From: Octopus sinensis
Taxonomy: Eukaryota
Assembly (NCBI RefSeq): GCF_006345805.1
Contig: NC_042997.1
Location: 138,694,001 to 138,758,000 of the forward strand
Direction: 5' to 3'
DNA length: 64,000 bases
Position numbers and translations under genes: made by a program. Shown here piece after piece: positions 1-12,901 of this stretch. A model generated the notes under the pieces. It searched no databases. It saw nothing but the letters and a program-made list of their open reading frames with translations, and was not told the DNA's origin. Each line of letters begins with the position of its first letter. The stretch's first letter is position 1.

Positions 1-914
1 ATTTTTGATAAAGTTTGGTATTGTAGAAATTACTTCCTGTTAAAGTTGTCGTATTTGGGTAATTTCAACCAATCAACGACGTGCATTCCGTTGAAGAAAG
101 TTACTGCTGTTTGCGATAGTAATCGAAGAGGAACAACTTCCGGGTCATCTCTACTAAATGTCACTACTCTGTTATATTCGTATGGCGAGCGGTCACCTTT
201 ATCCTTTCTTCCTTTTTAGTCAGCACCATGCATTCCTTACTCTTTCCCTCCCTTCTACACTATCAATTAGCAACCAGCGAGCGAACTTGTCACTGCCGCT
301 ACAATTACCGTATTTTCCGGTGTATAAGCCGCTATTTGTTTTGTTTTTACCTTCATGTTTTGATAATGTTATTTTTAATCTAACAAAGACTTTTATATTG
401 ACGAAATGTGTTTGTTGCTGATTAAAGTAAGATAAAATCATGACAATGATAATACATCTCATAGTTGTAAAATAAGGTATTTTGAAACTACATACACGTC
501 AATAACGAAAAAGCTAGCTGCTGACTCGTAGCTCTATAGGTCTTTTAAACACCGGTGTGCTTTATGTGTGGATAAAACACCGATATCGGGCAAACGAATA
601 AATATATGTAAATAATATTTCTTCCTTCTTGGTGTTGATTCTTCGATGTTTACTGGTTACTCCTATGCGAGAACCAAAAAACAAAAGCAAAAAGAAAAGC
701 GTGTAATATGCAACACAGGCAGTAAACAAAAAACGGAATAGAACAGAGTGATGCGATTTAGTAGAGATGACCCGGAAGTTATCCCTCTTCAATTATTATC
801 ACAAACAGCAGTAGCTTTCTTCAACTGAATACACGTCGGTGATTGGTTGAAATTACCCAAATACGAAAACTTTAGCACGAAATAAATTCTATAATACTAA
901 ATTTTGTCAAAAAT
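1..914. repeat. Long inverted repeat pair (arms about 1-180 and 734-914), possible TIR element or inverted end of the adjacent Penelope-like element
   Basis: Reverse complement of 1-158 (atttagtagagatgacccggaagttgttcctcttcg...tttatcaaaaat) matches 756-914 (atttagtagagatgacccggaagttatccctcttca...tttgtcaaaaat) with scattered mismatches. The left arm is cut by the window edge. Confidence 0.85.
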
Positions 915-1307
915 GTTCAAAGCAAACAGTGTTCTTAACCAAACTGAACATATCCTCAAATCTATATTCTATTTAACAATGAGATAGATATTATAGACTA
1001 GTAGTAAGGATTAAAGTAAAAATAAATTATTAAAGGACACAATCACAAGAATAAAAGAACCATCGGTTAAGTTTATACTTATAGTTATGCTTATATATAT
1101 TTATTTATATTTTGGTGTTAAGTATGGTTTACATAATGATTGTTATAATAAATAATTATACTATTATCAATTATCTGTTATTAGTAAAGTGGGTTATATA
1201 GGTGTTCTAAATATAAACAATTAAGAGGTTGAGTATAAAATATGTTGCTAAAAGCTAATATACAAATTGTAGAAAATTTAAAAAATTATCAAGTATTTAT
1301 GATATGA

Positions 1308-1382
<75 letters not shown>

Positions 1383-1419
1383 GTGTGTGTGTGTTGTGTG
1401 TGTGTTGTGTGTGTGTACT

Positions 1420-1987
1420 AAATATTAAGGTTTGCTGGATAATATAGTTATTTTCCATCTAATTTTATCTATACGTTTCCAAATAGTCCTGTGCTATTAC
1501 GTTTATTAATGTTTTTAAATGAGGTTCCATGGTTCGCTATACGATATTTCACGTAACATGCTCCAAGATAATTGAAACATCTACCTTCGGATTCAACTGT
1601 GACTTGGAATACTAGATTTTTGCGCTTGCAGTAATTATTAAATTTACAATTTGCTTTAACTCTACAGTTACATAAAGCATTTAGATTATTATTACCTGTG
1701 TCGGTAATATCTTTACGATTTCCTCTAGGTATAATATTAGAGACAGTTTGAGCAGGATGTGTATTCCTAGATGGTGTGGGAATACTTCTATTTATATAAT
1801 ATTCATCAATTTTATTGTTACTTAAAGATGATATTTGTTTAAATATTTTTTAGTTATAGAAAATCATATCCTTATTGAATTATCATACTGTGTTTAGTAG
1901 AAGTAAAATGCGTATTTATTATTGAACGAGTTACTTTGATAAGGTTTGTCTTTATTTGTCTTCCATAAGGTAAGATAAGCCAAATTA

Positions 1988-2061
<74 letters not shown>

Positions 2062-2277
2062 CATGCTTGACTTTTGCTTTACATTTGCACAAGCTGGCTC
2101 CAAGTCTCACCCAGAGACCTCAATAGACAACAAGTTGGAAGTTCGTGTTGGTGTTATGCCTAGGGTGCCATATATTTGGTTTTGTACTTAGTGTTGTACT
2201 AGTGAATGCCTAAAAAAACATACGAAAATTATGTTTGTTTAAAAATTTTCGTATGGTTTTTTTAGGCATTATTATTA

Positions 2278-2353
<76 letters not shown>

Positions 2354-3020
2354 GTTTTTGGGAAGTTTATGGTTGTTATCAGGTACATATTTTATATATG
2401 GTTTAAGTTATGCTTAAAGCATTTATTAATTTTGTAGTTTGATTCAGTATGATAGAGATTCTTGTTGTTGTTGTTGTTATTATTATTATTATAACTACTT
2501 GATAGTTTTTATTAGTATTTTTATGCTTATTAATCTTAAGTGTGTGTTCAGTTATATCTGTAGACAATTTCTTATTTATCTTGTTGACTGTCTGTTGGTA
2601 ATCATTATTTTCAAATTTAATTTTTTGTATATACCCTACCTTATCCAATGCAGAGTTATAAAAGTCCTTAAACATATTAAAGATTTCTTTGTTAGATGAG
2701 AGGTAATTAATTCTACGTTGTATATTATTAACTAAACATTTGGTAATTATTTTGGGATGATTACTATTATAATTAATATATGTTAGTTTAGAATTAGGTT
2801 TCTGATATGGCGCATGGCTTCCTGTGAGTAGGTTAAGGTTGATATCTAAAAAATTTACAGAACTATGCTAATTTTTTAGACATTTTCAGGCCAAACGTAT
2901 AAAAGAATCTATGAAATTTTTTCGTATAATTTTCTAATTTTCTATTGCTAGTAAGTTTAATTATATATAAGGTATCATCCCTATATAAACCTCCGGCTAC
3001 TTCTGGAAATTATATGTATA
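1420..3020 (-). mobile_element. Penelope-like retroelement remnant (RT C-terminal half plus GIY-YIG endonuclease), degenerate and interrupted
   Basis: Manual minus-strand translation gives FPEVAGGLYRDDTLYII (catalytic YRDD at 2985-2974), VNFLDINLNLLTGSHAPYQKPNSKLTYINYNSNHPKII, FYNSALDKVGY (ORF 2403-2675), PYGRQIKTNLIK and CNCRVKANCKFNNYCKRKNLVFQVTVESEGRCFNYLGAC...RIANHGTSF. These are characteristic Penelope RT and GIY-YIG motifs. Interrupted at about 1984-2400 by (ATT)n and a LINE 3' fragment. Confidence 0.9.
2060..2270 (-). mobile_element. 3' UTR fragment of an R4/Dong-type non-LTR element inside (ATT)n
   Basis: Reverse complement aligns to 17090-17277 (gaggtc.ctgggtgagacttggagccagcttgt), which follows an RLE-type C-terminus (QKIVLMGT..ILRKILSM*). 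Flanked by ATT repeats on both sides. Confidence 0.75.
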
Positions 3021-3027
3021 TATATTG

Positions 3028-3065
<38 letters not shown>

Positions 3066-3639
3066 TATTACTAATATTTTATAGCCATTACACAGTGATC
3101 CTTATAAGCTTTAAGCTTATAACATATTATTATTATCATTTACAGAAGTGTAAAAATCAACACTTCTTACCAAAAACTATACATATATACATACATATAT
3201 ATAAATATATGCATACACACAGACGCTCACACACTCACACACACACACACACACAGATATGTACCTATGTATATGCATATATATATATATATATATATCT
3301 TAGACTCATACACGTATATAGATAGATACACGCAAGTATGTATATATAGATATGCTTGTGTGTGCGTGTATGTGCATGTGTGTGTGTGCATGTATGTGTG
3401 TATATGTGTGAGTGCGTGTGTATACATGTGAGTGCGTGTATTATTTAAATGTCAATAATTCCAAAGTCTTTTTATACACACACATACTCACACACACAAG
3501 CACACACATTTATATATACATATGCATCTCTCTTTCTCCATCTCTCTGTCCGTCGGTCTCTCGCTCTTTTTCTCTATCTGCATACACACACATATATATG
3601 TACGTATGTATGTATGCATATATGTATGTATATATGATT

Positions 3640-3702
<63 letters not shown>

Positions 3703-3741
3703 CATATATATATATACATACATACATATATATATGTATAC

Positions 3742-3774
<33 letters not shown>

Positions 3775-4210
3775 CATACATATATATATGTATACATACA
3801 TATATATATACACACATATATATACACACACGCACATATACATACACGCATATATACATATATACATACAAGCATACGCGAGCGCTTATGCTATTTAAAT
3901 GTCAACAGCCGCCAAATATTATAATGACTTGAATACAATAACGTTGCTGAAACATTAAAAGTTACTCGTCCGAACTTTTACTTTTGTAGTTTTATTCCCA
4001 TCAAAGCATACGTAGTATTTGGAAGATTAGTGTAGAAGGGTTAAAGGTAAGATCAACAGGAAGTAGTGACTTCCATGCCATTTCTGTAGACATTACCATC
4101 AACTGTCTTTACTTGTGTCAGTCATTGGATTGCAATCAGGCCAGGGCACCGCATTGAAGGATTCCAGTCGAACAAAATGACCCCAGTACTTGTTCATTTA
4201 TGGCTGGTGT

Positions 4211-7200
4211 AGCGAACTTCTTCACTACTTCAGGGAGTGACGACCCTGCCTGACACGAGTTCCGGGCTCAGCTGGCTCCGGCTGACAGTACTCGGTATGG
4301 GCCCCTATCCAGGGTTACGGAAAGGAGACAACCTTCAATGAAATCCGGAGTGGAGCCCCGAAGGCGGTCTAGTGTTCGATTCGACACTCTTCCGGCAGCT
4401 CCTGCAACCAAGCTGGTGCCAAATGTAATGCACTGCAGCCCACTGGACTACATCAGCAAGGTCGAGAGAGGAAACCTGACGATTGGGCTACCCAGGACTT
4501 TCTTATCTATAGCCTAGGCCTGCGCAAAACTGGAGAGGACACTTCAGTGCTGCTGTAAAAAGCTGCAGAAACAACACGGGAGGTAACAGTTACGAGTGAT
4601 AAGTCCATTCAGATTGGCGTAAAATATGGACGCTACGGGTTACCTCTGCCGGTGGGAGGGACTTCCGTGTCCTATTGGTTAGCTACTGCCCACCTCAAGC
4701 TGAGCAGCCCCCAGCTAATAAGGTGCCGACCCGCCACAAGCCGCCTGTTCCATTGGGTGCTTGGAGCTAAGAGTAAGACTCGAAAAGCGGCCTGCAACCT
4801 CTGCACCAGGCAAGCAACTAAGATTCAAGAAAACACCAGTTCTGCAGTTGGCAAGCTGGAATGTCAGGACCATGTGTCCTGGAATATCTGACGATCTTCT
4901 CAGTATTGAAGACACAAGGAAAACGGCCATCATTGACCGTGAACTAAAGAGGCTCAACATAGATATTGCTGGGCTGCAGGAGACAAGACTTCCCTCAAAC
5001 GGCAGACTCAAAGAGCAGGACTTCACCTTCTTTTGGCAGGGAAGAGATCCAGAAGAACCTCGTCAACATGGCGTTGGCTTTGCAGTGAGAAACTCACTAC
5101 TCTCCTCAATAGAACCACCATCGGGAGGCACTGAGCGTATCCTCTCACTGCGCCTCTCGACTTCTTCTGGCTCAGTACATCTACTCAGCATCTATGCTCC
5201 CACTCTCTACAGCTCAGAGGAGACCAAGGACCAGTTCTACAAAGATCTCAACTGTGTCCTAGAAAATATACCAACGACTGAAAATATCTACCTTCTAGGG
5301 GATTTTAACGCTCGCGTGGGATCTGACCATGATTCGTGGCCCATTGTGTTGGACACTTTGGTATTGGCAACATGAATGACAATGGTCAGAGACTACTCGA
5401 ATTCTGCACATACCACAACCTGTGCATCACAAACACATTCTTTACCAGCAAGCCATCCCACAAGGCATCCTGGAGACATCCAAGATCTCACCACTGGCAT
5501 CAGCTGGATCTCATTATTACACGAAGATCCTTTCTGAGTTCCACTCTATTGACCCGCAGTTACCACAGTGCGGATTGTTACACAGACCACTCACTAATTA
5601 GAAGCAGGGTGAGGATTCTCCCTAAAAAAGTCCATCGCTCCAAGAAAGTGGGCCGACCACGCATCAACACCGCCAGAACCTCGGACCCTACACTGCGAAA
5701 ATGTTTTGCTGTTTCTATCACGGTTGCCCTCAGTAGCTGCCCAACCTCCTCTACTGAAAGTAGGTGGGACTATATCAGGGAAGCCTTGTATACGACATCA
5801 TGGATACTTTCGGCATGAGAGAAAGGCAAAACCCAGATTGGTTCAATGCTGGGCTCTCAGAGTTATCGAAGCAAAGCGTGCAGCTCTGGTGCAATACAAG
5901 AGTGACTCTTCTACAAAGTCACTCGAGGAACTCAGAAAGGCACGAAATAAAACCCAACTGACAGCCAGATGCTGTGCAAATAGGTATTGGCAGGAAATCT
6001 GTCAGAGTATCCAGTCAGCTGCTGACAGGGGTGACACCCGTGGGATGTATGCTGGTTTGAAGAAGGCCCTCGGTCCATCCGCAACCAAGTCAGCCCCTCT
6101 GAAATCAACTACTGGAGATCTCATCAGGGATCAAGGCAAGCAAATGGATAGATGGGTGGAGCACTACCAGGATCTCTACTCACGGGAGACTACAGTGGCT
6201 GAGGCTGCAGTCGAGAGTGTCAAGATCTTGCCAGTCATGTGCGAACTTGACAGTCCGCCATCTATAGCAGAGCTCACCAAGGCTGTTGACTCCCTAGTAA
6301 GAAATAAGGCTCCGGGAAAAGACGGCATCCCCTCAGAGATCATCAAAGCCGGCAAAAACACCATCCTGCTTCGGCACCTTCATGAGCTTCTGTGTCAGTG
6401 CTGGGAAGAGGGTACAGTCCCTCAGGATATGCGGGATGCCAACATCATTACGCTCTACAAAAACAAAGGTGACCGTGGTGATTGTAACAATTACCGTGGT
6501 ATATCCCTTCTAAGCACTGTTGGAAAGACCTTTGCCCGCGTTATCCTGGCCAGGCTACAACTACTTGCTTCTCGAATCTATCCGGAATCGCAGTGTGGCT
6601 TTAGAAGAAGCAGATCAACTATCGATATGATATTCTCCATACGCCAACTTCAGGAGAAGTCCAGAGAGCAGAAAATGCCATTATATATGGCCTTCATTGA
6701 TCTAACAAAGGCTTTTGACTCGGTAAGCAGAACAGGCCTCTTCCTCCTGCTCCAAAAAATCTGATGTCCACCAAAGCTGCTGAGGATCATCAAGTCTTTC
6801 CATGATGACATGCAAGGCACCATACAGCACAACGGTTCAACATCAGCCGCCTTCCAAATAAAAAACGGGGTAAAGCAAGGCTGTGTCCTCGCTCCTACAT
6901 TGTTTGGCATCTTCTTCTCACTCTTGCTGTCACATGCCTTTCAGACATCAGATGATGGAGTGTTTCTGCACAGTAGAAGTGACGGGAAACTGTTCAATCT
7001 CTCGCGCCTGCGTGCCAAGACCAAAATCAGAAACGTCCTGATCAAGATGTTATTTGCTGATGATGCCGCTCTGGTAACACACACAGAAGAAGCCCTCCAA
7101 AGGCTCATTAACTGTTTTGAGCAAGCATGTAACGACTTTGGCTTAGCTATCAGCCTTAAGAAGACCAACATCATGGGCCAGGCTACATCGGACATCCCAA

Positions 7201-8081
7201 CATACATATTGGAGACCACAGATTACAAGAGGTGGAGAAGTTTACCTATCTGGGCTCTACCGTCACCTACAACCTATCCCTTGACGCTGAGCTCAATATA
7301 CGCATTGGCAAGGCAGCTGCTGCGATGGCCCAACTCTCCAAACGGGCTTGGGACAACAATAAGCTGACCAAGACCACAAAAATGAAGATCTACCAGACAT
7401 GTGTACTCAGCACTCTACTGTATGGAAGCGAGACCTGGAAGCTATACACACGCCAAGAGCGTCGCCTAAACATCTTTCACCTGCGCTGCCTCCGAAAAAT
7501 CCTCCACATCAAATGGCAGAATCATATCCCCAACAAAGATGTCCTCAGGCAAGCAGGAATACCAAGCATGTTTGCACTCCTCACACAAAGACGTATGAGA
7601 TGGCTTGGGCATGTTAGCCGTATGAAAGATGGCAGAATCCCCAAGGACATACTCTACGGAGAGCTTGCTAGGGGTACTAGGTCTGTGGGTAGACCGATCT
7701 TACGTTACAAGGATGTTTGCAAAAGGGATATGAAGGCCTGCAACATCAACATTAGCGGTTGGGAGGCAGTCGCCGGCAACCGTGGAGAATGGCGACGTAC
7801 AGTAAAAGAGGGTATACAGAGGAGTGACAGAAAGAGAGAGGAGAAATGGAAAGAAAGGAAGAGACATAAACAAGAGACCATGGCACTACAACCAGCCAGG
7901 AACAGTCTTCGCTACATTTGCTGTACCTGCCAGAGGGAGTGTTTGTCCAGGATAGGACTACACAGCCACAGCAAGAAATGTAACAGGAAATAAAATATAA
8001 CAGCCGGACTAGACCTAGAAAAAAAAAAAAAAAAAAATGCGCAACTCCATTGTCTCCCGAGACAGAAAGGATGCCAAACCA
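4211..8081 (+). mobile_element. Full-length RTE-clade LINE (about 3.9 kb) with 11-bp target-site duplication
   Basis: Identical ATGGCTGGTGT at 4200-4210 and 8082-8092. The element has a 5' UTR, APE and RT coding, and a 3' UTR with an internal poly(A) at 8018-8037. Confidence 0.92.
4761..7993 (+). pseudogene. RTE ORF (APE endonuclease, reverse transcriptase, C-terminal zinc-finger-like motif), disrupted
   Basis: Motifs LASWNVRTM, GLQETR, LLGDFNARVG, YRGISLL, GVKQGCVLAPTLF, LFADDAAL, FTYLGS, CCTCQRECLSRIGLHSH. Frameshifts near 5340, 5800-5860 and 7200, plus an in-frame TGA at 6762-6764 where Gly is expected. Confidence 0.92.
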
Positions 8082-8634
8082 ATGGCTGGTGTGTATTCTA
8101 TTGAATCTCTTGAGCCGAACCGCCAAGTTACAGGGACGTATACAAACCAGCATTGGTTGTTAAGCGGTGTGTGGGAACAAACACAGACACACAGACACAC
8201 AAACACTCACACACACACTCACACACACTCACACGTACACAAACACACACACAGATATACACACATACATACACGACTGGCTTCCACAGAATTTTCGTCT
8301 ACCAAACCCACTCACAAGGCATTGGTCAGACCGGGGCTATAGTAGAAGAAACTTGCTCAAGGTATCGCATTTCAGGACCGAAATTGAAACCAATAGATAG
8401 GAAAGCGAACTTCTTAACCACACAGCCATTGCCTGCACCTAATAAAATGAAATTCAATTGTACCAACCGAGAATTGAAACACGCCATAGTTTCCACTCCA
8501 CAAGAGTGCAATCTTTGTTCATTGACATTGGCCATATATATGACATATTGAGGTCTGAGAGACTTGATATATTGTAGTGTTATTATCATTTTATAAGTCC
8601 TGAATATGACATTAAACTGCATCTAGTAGAGGGT

Positions 8635-8910
8635 TCCTAGGTCTACTCTGACCTGGTGTATGTCAGGATCCCAGCTATGGGTTCACTAGTGTATGAACAA
8701 TGGGACGTAGAAATAATAAGGTTGATGTTCGAGGGTGCAGTAAGTCCACTAGTTGTGAGGGAACCCTGGCCTTTATTAAGGTATCCTTCAAGGAGAAGGC
8801 TAACATGTATATAATATCTACTTTTAAGGAGTGTGTAACCACATTTTAGTCACTATTGCTCCTAGGTCTACTCTGACCTGGAGCAGTGACGCATGTCAGA
8901 GCTCCAGCAA
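8635..8910. repeat. Dispersed repeat with internal duplication
   Basis: tcctag(g)gtctactctgacctgg occurs at about 8635 and 8860. A related copy lies at about 58190-58290. Confidence 0.55.
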
Positions 8911-9961
8911 TGTGTTAAATAGCATGTAATCGTCAGAATCAGAGTACGTTGAAATCATGGGGTGCAGCAGGATGGGTGTGAACAATTTCGGGAAATGAAT
9001 CTCATTGAGTCAATGGCGAATGTCCCAAGACGCTGAGCAGATGAACGAGCAACAGCCAGGCTCAACCAGTTCAGTTAGCGAATAAACTTCTGTCATCTGA
9101 AGTCATGGCGTGTGAAGATGAAATATTTAATTGGCGAAGATAAAAATGTTTGACGCCCAGGCCAGACACCCATGCTTCACCATTGCGCGAGCGGGGACAT
9201 CTTGTGTGGAAGAGTTGCATTGTTCCAGGCAATCAAATAACTAGATGACGACGATGACAACAACAATGATGATGATGATGATGATGATGATGATGTAGTA
9301 CTAGATAAAGATATAAAGCAAACTTAGATATCAGCAGATGTCCCTAAATGTTGCCAGACCTCGGGAATCGCCATCGGGTTCCACAACAGTTTTAAGTAAA
9401 GTAAAGAAAATGAAACAGACTTGGAAAGCAGCTTGCTAGTACAAGTGCAATCAATCGAAAACTCCGCATACCGGATGCGGGGTTTTAGCGGGTTGGGGGT
9501 AGAGATATCAGCACAGAATGTGCAGCGATTCGGGGGTGAGGTGGAGGCTTTGACGCGCATTCTCTCCTGACGACCCTTCGCTTCGTTGTTACCAGATGTC
9601 ACGCAGCAACATTATCAGTTAAGTTAGAGGTCACTAATATTGTCAGCTTACTAAGATGTCACTAGATGTCACCAGCAACATTATCAGATCAACATCAGAT
9701 GTGACCATTAAAACTGCTAGCAATTTTCCTGTCACATGACCTTGCAGTAATCTGATAATATATCTCAGTGCATTAAATGTAATAACAAAAAGTTATAAAA
9801 AAAAGTCTACTCGCAGGCAGTGGCCTGATTCTGCAGCACATTCCGCCGCTACCCCTGCCTTATTGAATAAAGATAGTTCTGTTGATATAAATGTCCTCTT
9901 ACATTAAAAAAGAAAGTATACGCAAACGTAAATACATATACATGTATATCACATCATATCA

Positions 9962-10019
<58 letters not shown>

Positions 10020-10047
10020 ATATATACATGTGTTTCTGTGTATATAT

Positions 10048-10091
<44 letters not shown>

Positions 10092-10132
10092 ATATATATA
10101 TGTATATGTATGTATATATGTATATCTCTGTG

Positions 10133-10170
<38 letters not shown>

Positions 10171-10397
10171 CACATACATATATATATATATACATGTACA
10201 TACACATATGTGTGTATATAGCTGCTATGCCACTTCCTTCCGGTGTACTATTGTTTAGAGTTAATTTATTTCCACCAACTTTTAGTATGCTTTTTTCCCC
10301 ATACATTTTCTTATTCTTTTTTTGTTCCCTGCACTATTTCTAACTCTTTCTCTGTCTCTCATTGCCTCTTTCCCTCATTAAAATATTTGACCCTTTG

Positions 10398-10457
<60 letters not shown>

Positions 10458-10474
10458 TACACACACATGTGATA

Positions 10475-10785
10475 TATAGGAGCACTCCATCGGTTACGAC
10501 GACGAGGGTCCCAGCTGATACGATCAACGGAACAGCTTGCCCGTGAAATTAACGTGCATGTAGCAATCCACAGACACGTGTACTCATAACGTAGTTCTCA
10601 GGGAGATTCAGCGTAGCGCAGCGTGTGAAAAGTGTGACCCTTTGAAATACAGGTACAACTCATTTTTGCCAGCAAAGTGGACTGGAGCAACGTGAAATAA
10701 AGTGTCTTGCTCCAGGACACAACGCGTCGCCAGGAATTGAACTCACGACCTTACAATCGTGAGTCGAATGCACTAACCACGCCTT
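10475..10785 (-). mobile_element. tRNA-derived SINE (family E)
   Basis: Minus strand begins ggcgtggttagtgcattcgactcacgattgtaaggtcgtgagttcaattcc (box A/box B-like), followed by gtgtcctggagcaagacact. Confidence 0.7.
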
Positions 10786-10950
10786 CACACACACACATAT
10801 ATATACATATATGTACATATGTATACGTATATGTATATCTAACTATCTATGTTAACTGTGTATCTCCTCTATGTACGCATATATATAAATACATGTGTGT
10901 GTGTATATATCTATCTATATATATATATATATATATATCTATATATATAT

Positions 10951-11022
<72 letters not shown>

Positions 11023-11029
11023 TATATAC

Positions 11030-11181
11030 GATTGGCTTCTCGCAGTTTCCGTCTACCAAGTCCACTCTCAAGGCTTTGGTCGGTCTGAGGCTATAGTAGA
11101 AGACACTCTTTAAGGTGCCATGAAGTGGGACTGAACCTGGAACCATGTGTAAGCAAGCTACTTACCACACAGCCACAGCCA

Positions 11182-11221
<40 letters not shown>

Positions 11222-11430
11222 TGAATGTTTGTGTGTCGGTGTTTGTCCCTCCAACATCGCTTGACAACCGATGCTGGTGTGCTTACGTCCCTGAAACTTC
11301 GTGGCAAAAGCAACCGATAAATAAGTAATAGGCTTACAAAGAAAAAAAACCTAGTACTTAGGTCGATTTGCTCGACTAAAAGCTCTACTCCAGGATGGCC
11401 GCAGTAAAATGAATGAAACAAATAAAAGAA
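11030..11430. mobile_element. SINE family C/D: head half (minus, 11030-11180) and tail half (plus, 11225-11430)
   Basis: Both halves match other C/D copies but are in opposite orientation, with (TA)n between them and upstream. Confidence 0.75.
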
Positions 11431-11884
11431 TATATGAACATATATATATGCATATATATGTATGTGTTTAGATACATACATACATACATACATAAATACG
11501 TGCGCTCGTACATATATAGAAAGATATTAACATTTTAAGACCGTGTACCCTTCTATGCATGGATATGTCGGTATACGTGTGAGTGTCTATGCGTTTTGCA
11601 GTCATCACGCTTTCCACCCACATATCCGGCTTTCTAAGTGACTGTCTTCCTCTGCCGTATTCCCACGCAAAACACCTATTGCTCATTTCCCTTTCTCTCT
11701 CTCTCTCTCTCTCTCTCTTTCTCCCTCTTTCCCTTTGTCTCCACTCACTCACTCTCCTCATCTCGCTCTCTTCCTTTCTTACATCCCTTTCTCGTTGATT
11801 TTTCGTCTTCCCACAAGCCATCTGGTTGAGTATTTTTTTTGTGGTCTTAACAACCAACGTACTCGCTTTTTACAGCCATTGAAT

Positions 11885-12410
11885 ATGCATGCATGCGCGT
11901 ATGTATGTATGTATGTATGCATGTATGTATGTATGTATGTATGTATGTATGTATGTATGTATGTATGTATGTATGCATGTATGCATGCGTGTATGTATGT
12001 ATGTATGTATGTATGTATGTATGTATGTATGCATGCATGTATATATGTATGTTTGCGTGTATATATATATATATATATGCATTTATACACATATATACAT
12101 GCATAAAGACATACATACAAACATACATACATATATGCATACATACATACATACATACATACATACATACATACATACCTACATACATACATACATACAT
12201 GCAGGCAAACATACATACATGCATGCACACATACATACATACATACATACATACATGCATGCACACATACATACATACATGCATACATACGTACATAAAT
12301 ACATAGATACATACATGCATGCACACATACATACATACATACATACATACATACATACATACATACATACATACATACATACATACATACATACATACCT
12401 GCATGCACAC
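11885..12410. repeat. Convergent (TATG)n then (ACAT)n tetranucleotide tracts
   Basis: Direct reading. Confidence 0.9.
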
Positions 12411-12849
12411 ATGCTAAAATGATCACCATATCTGGGATTATAAAAATCTACAAGACCTCCGTAAGATATAAAAGATGATTAAAAGAAGAGACTTTCCTTC
12501 ACAATCTTGCTGCCAAGTAGGTAACTGGTCAAAATTTACTCTAAAGTTAAAAAGGGAAAGAGAACATGCATACATACATACATACATACATACATACATA
12601 CATACATGCGTATTGTAACTGTTCTGGGGGTAGCGCGAGAAAAATAAAACCAAGGAAAGCAATGCACTTGCGTATGTATGTAGAAGCATTTCTGTTTAGT
12701 CACAAGCAGATCCACCCACGAATGCATACCAGTAATCTTATACACAGAATAGAAACAGATTAGGAGATTAGGCATTACGTGAGCGTACATTGTATGCAGT
12801 AACTTATACGGAAGCTTACGCGAATGCATGTACATACTAGCATGTGTTA

Positions 12850-12901
<52 letters not shown>

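Larger units (their letters stand above)
4107..8436 (-). mobile_element. tRNA-derived SINE with central microsatellite (family C/D), split by the RTE insertion
   Basis: 4107-4210 and 8082-8436 join into one copy matching the unsplit copies at 20041-20478 and 51858-52222. Confidence 0.8.

Noticed and set aside
3095-3932. Many overlapping ORFs rich in Y/I/H/T/M/C/V (also near 9.9-12.9, 40.8-41.7, 43.8-45.3 and 60.7-63.9 kb)
   Set aside because: They are translations of TA, CA, GA, TATG and AAT microsatellites, not genes.
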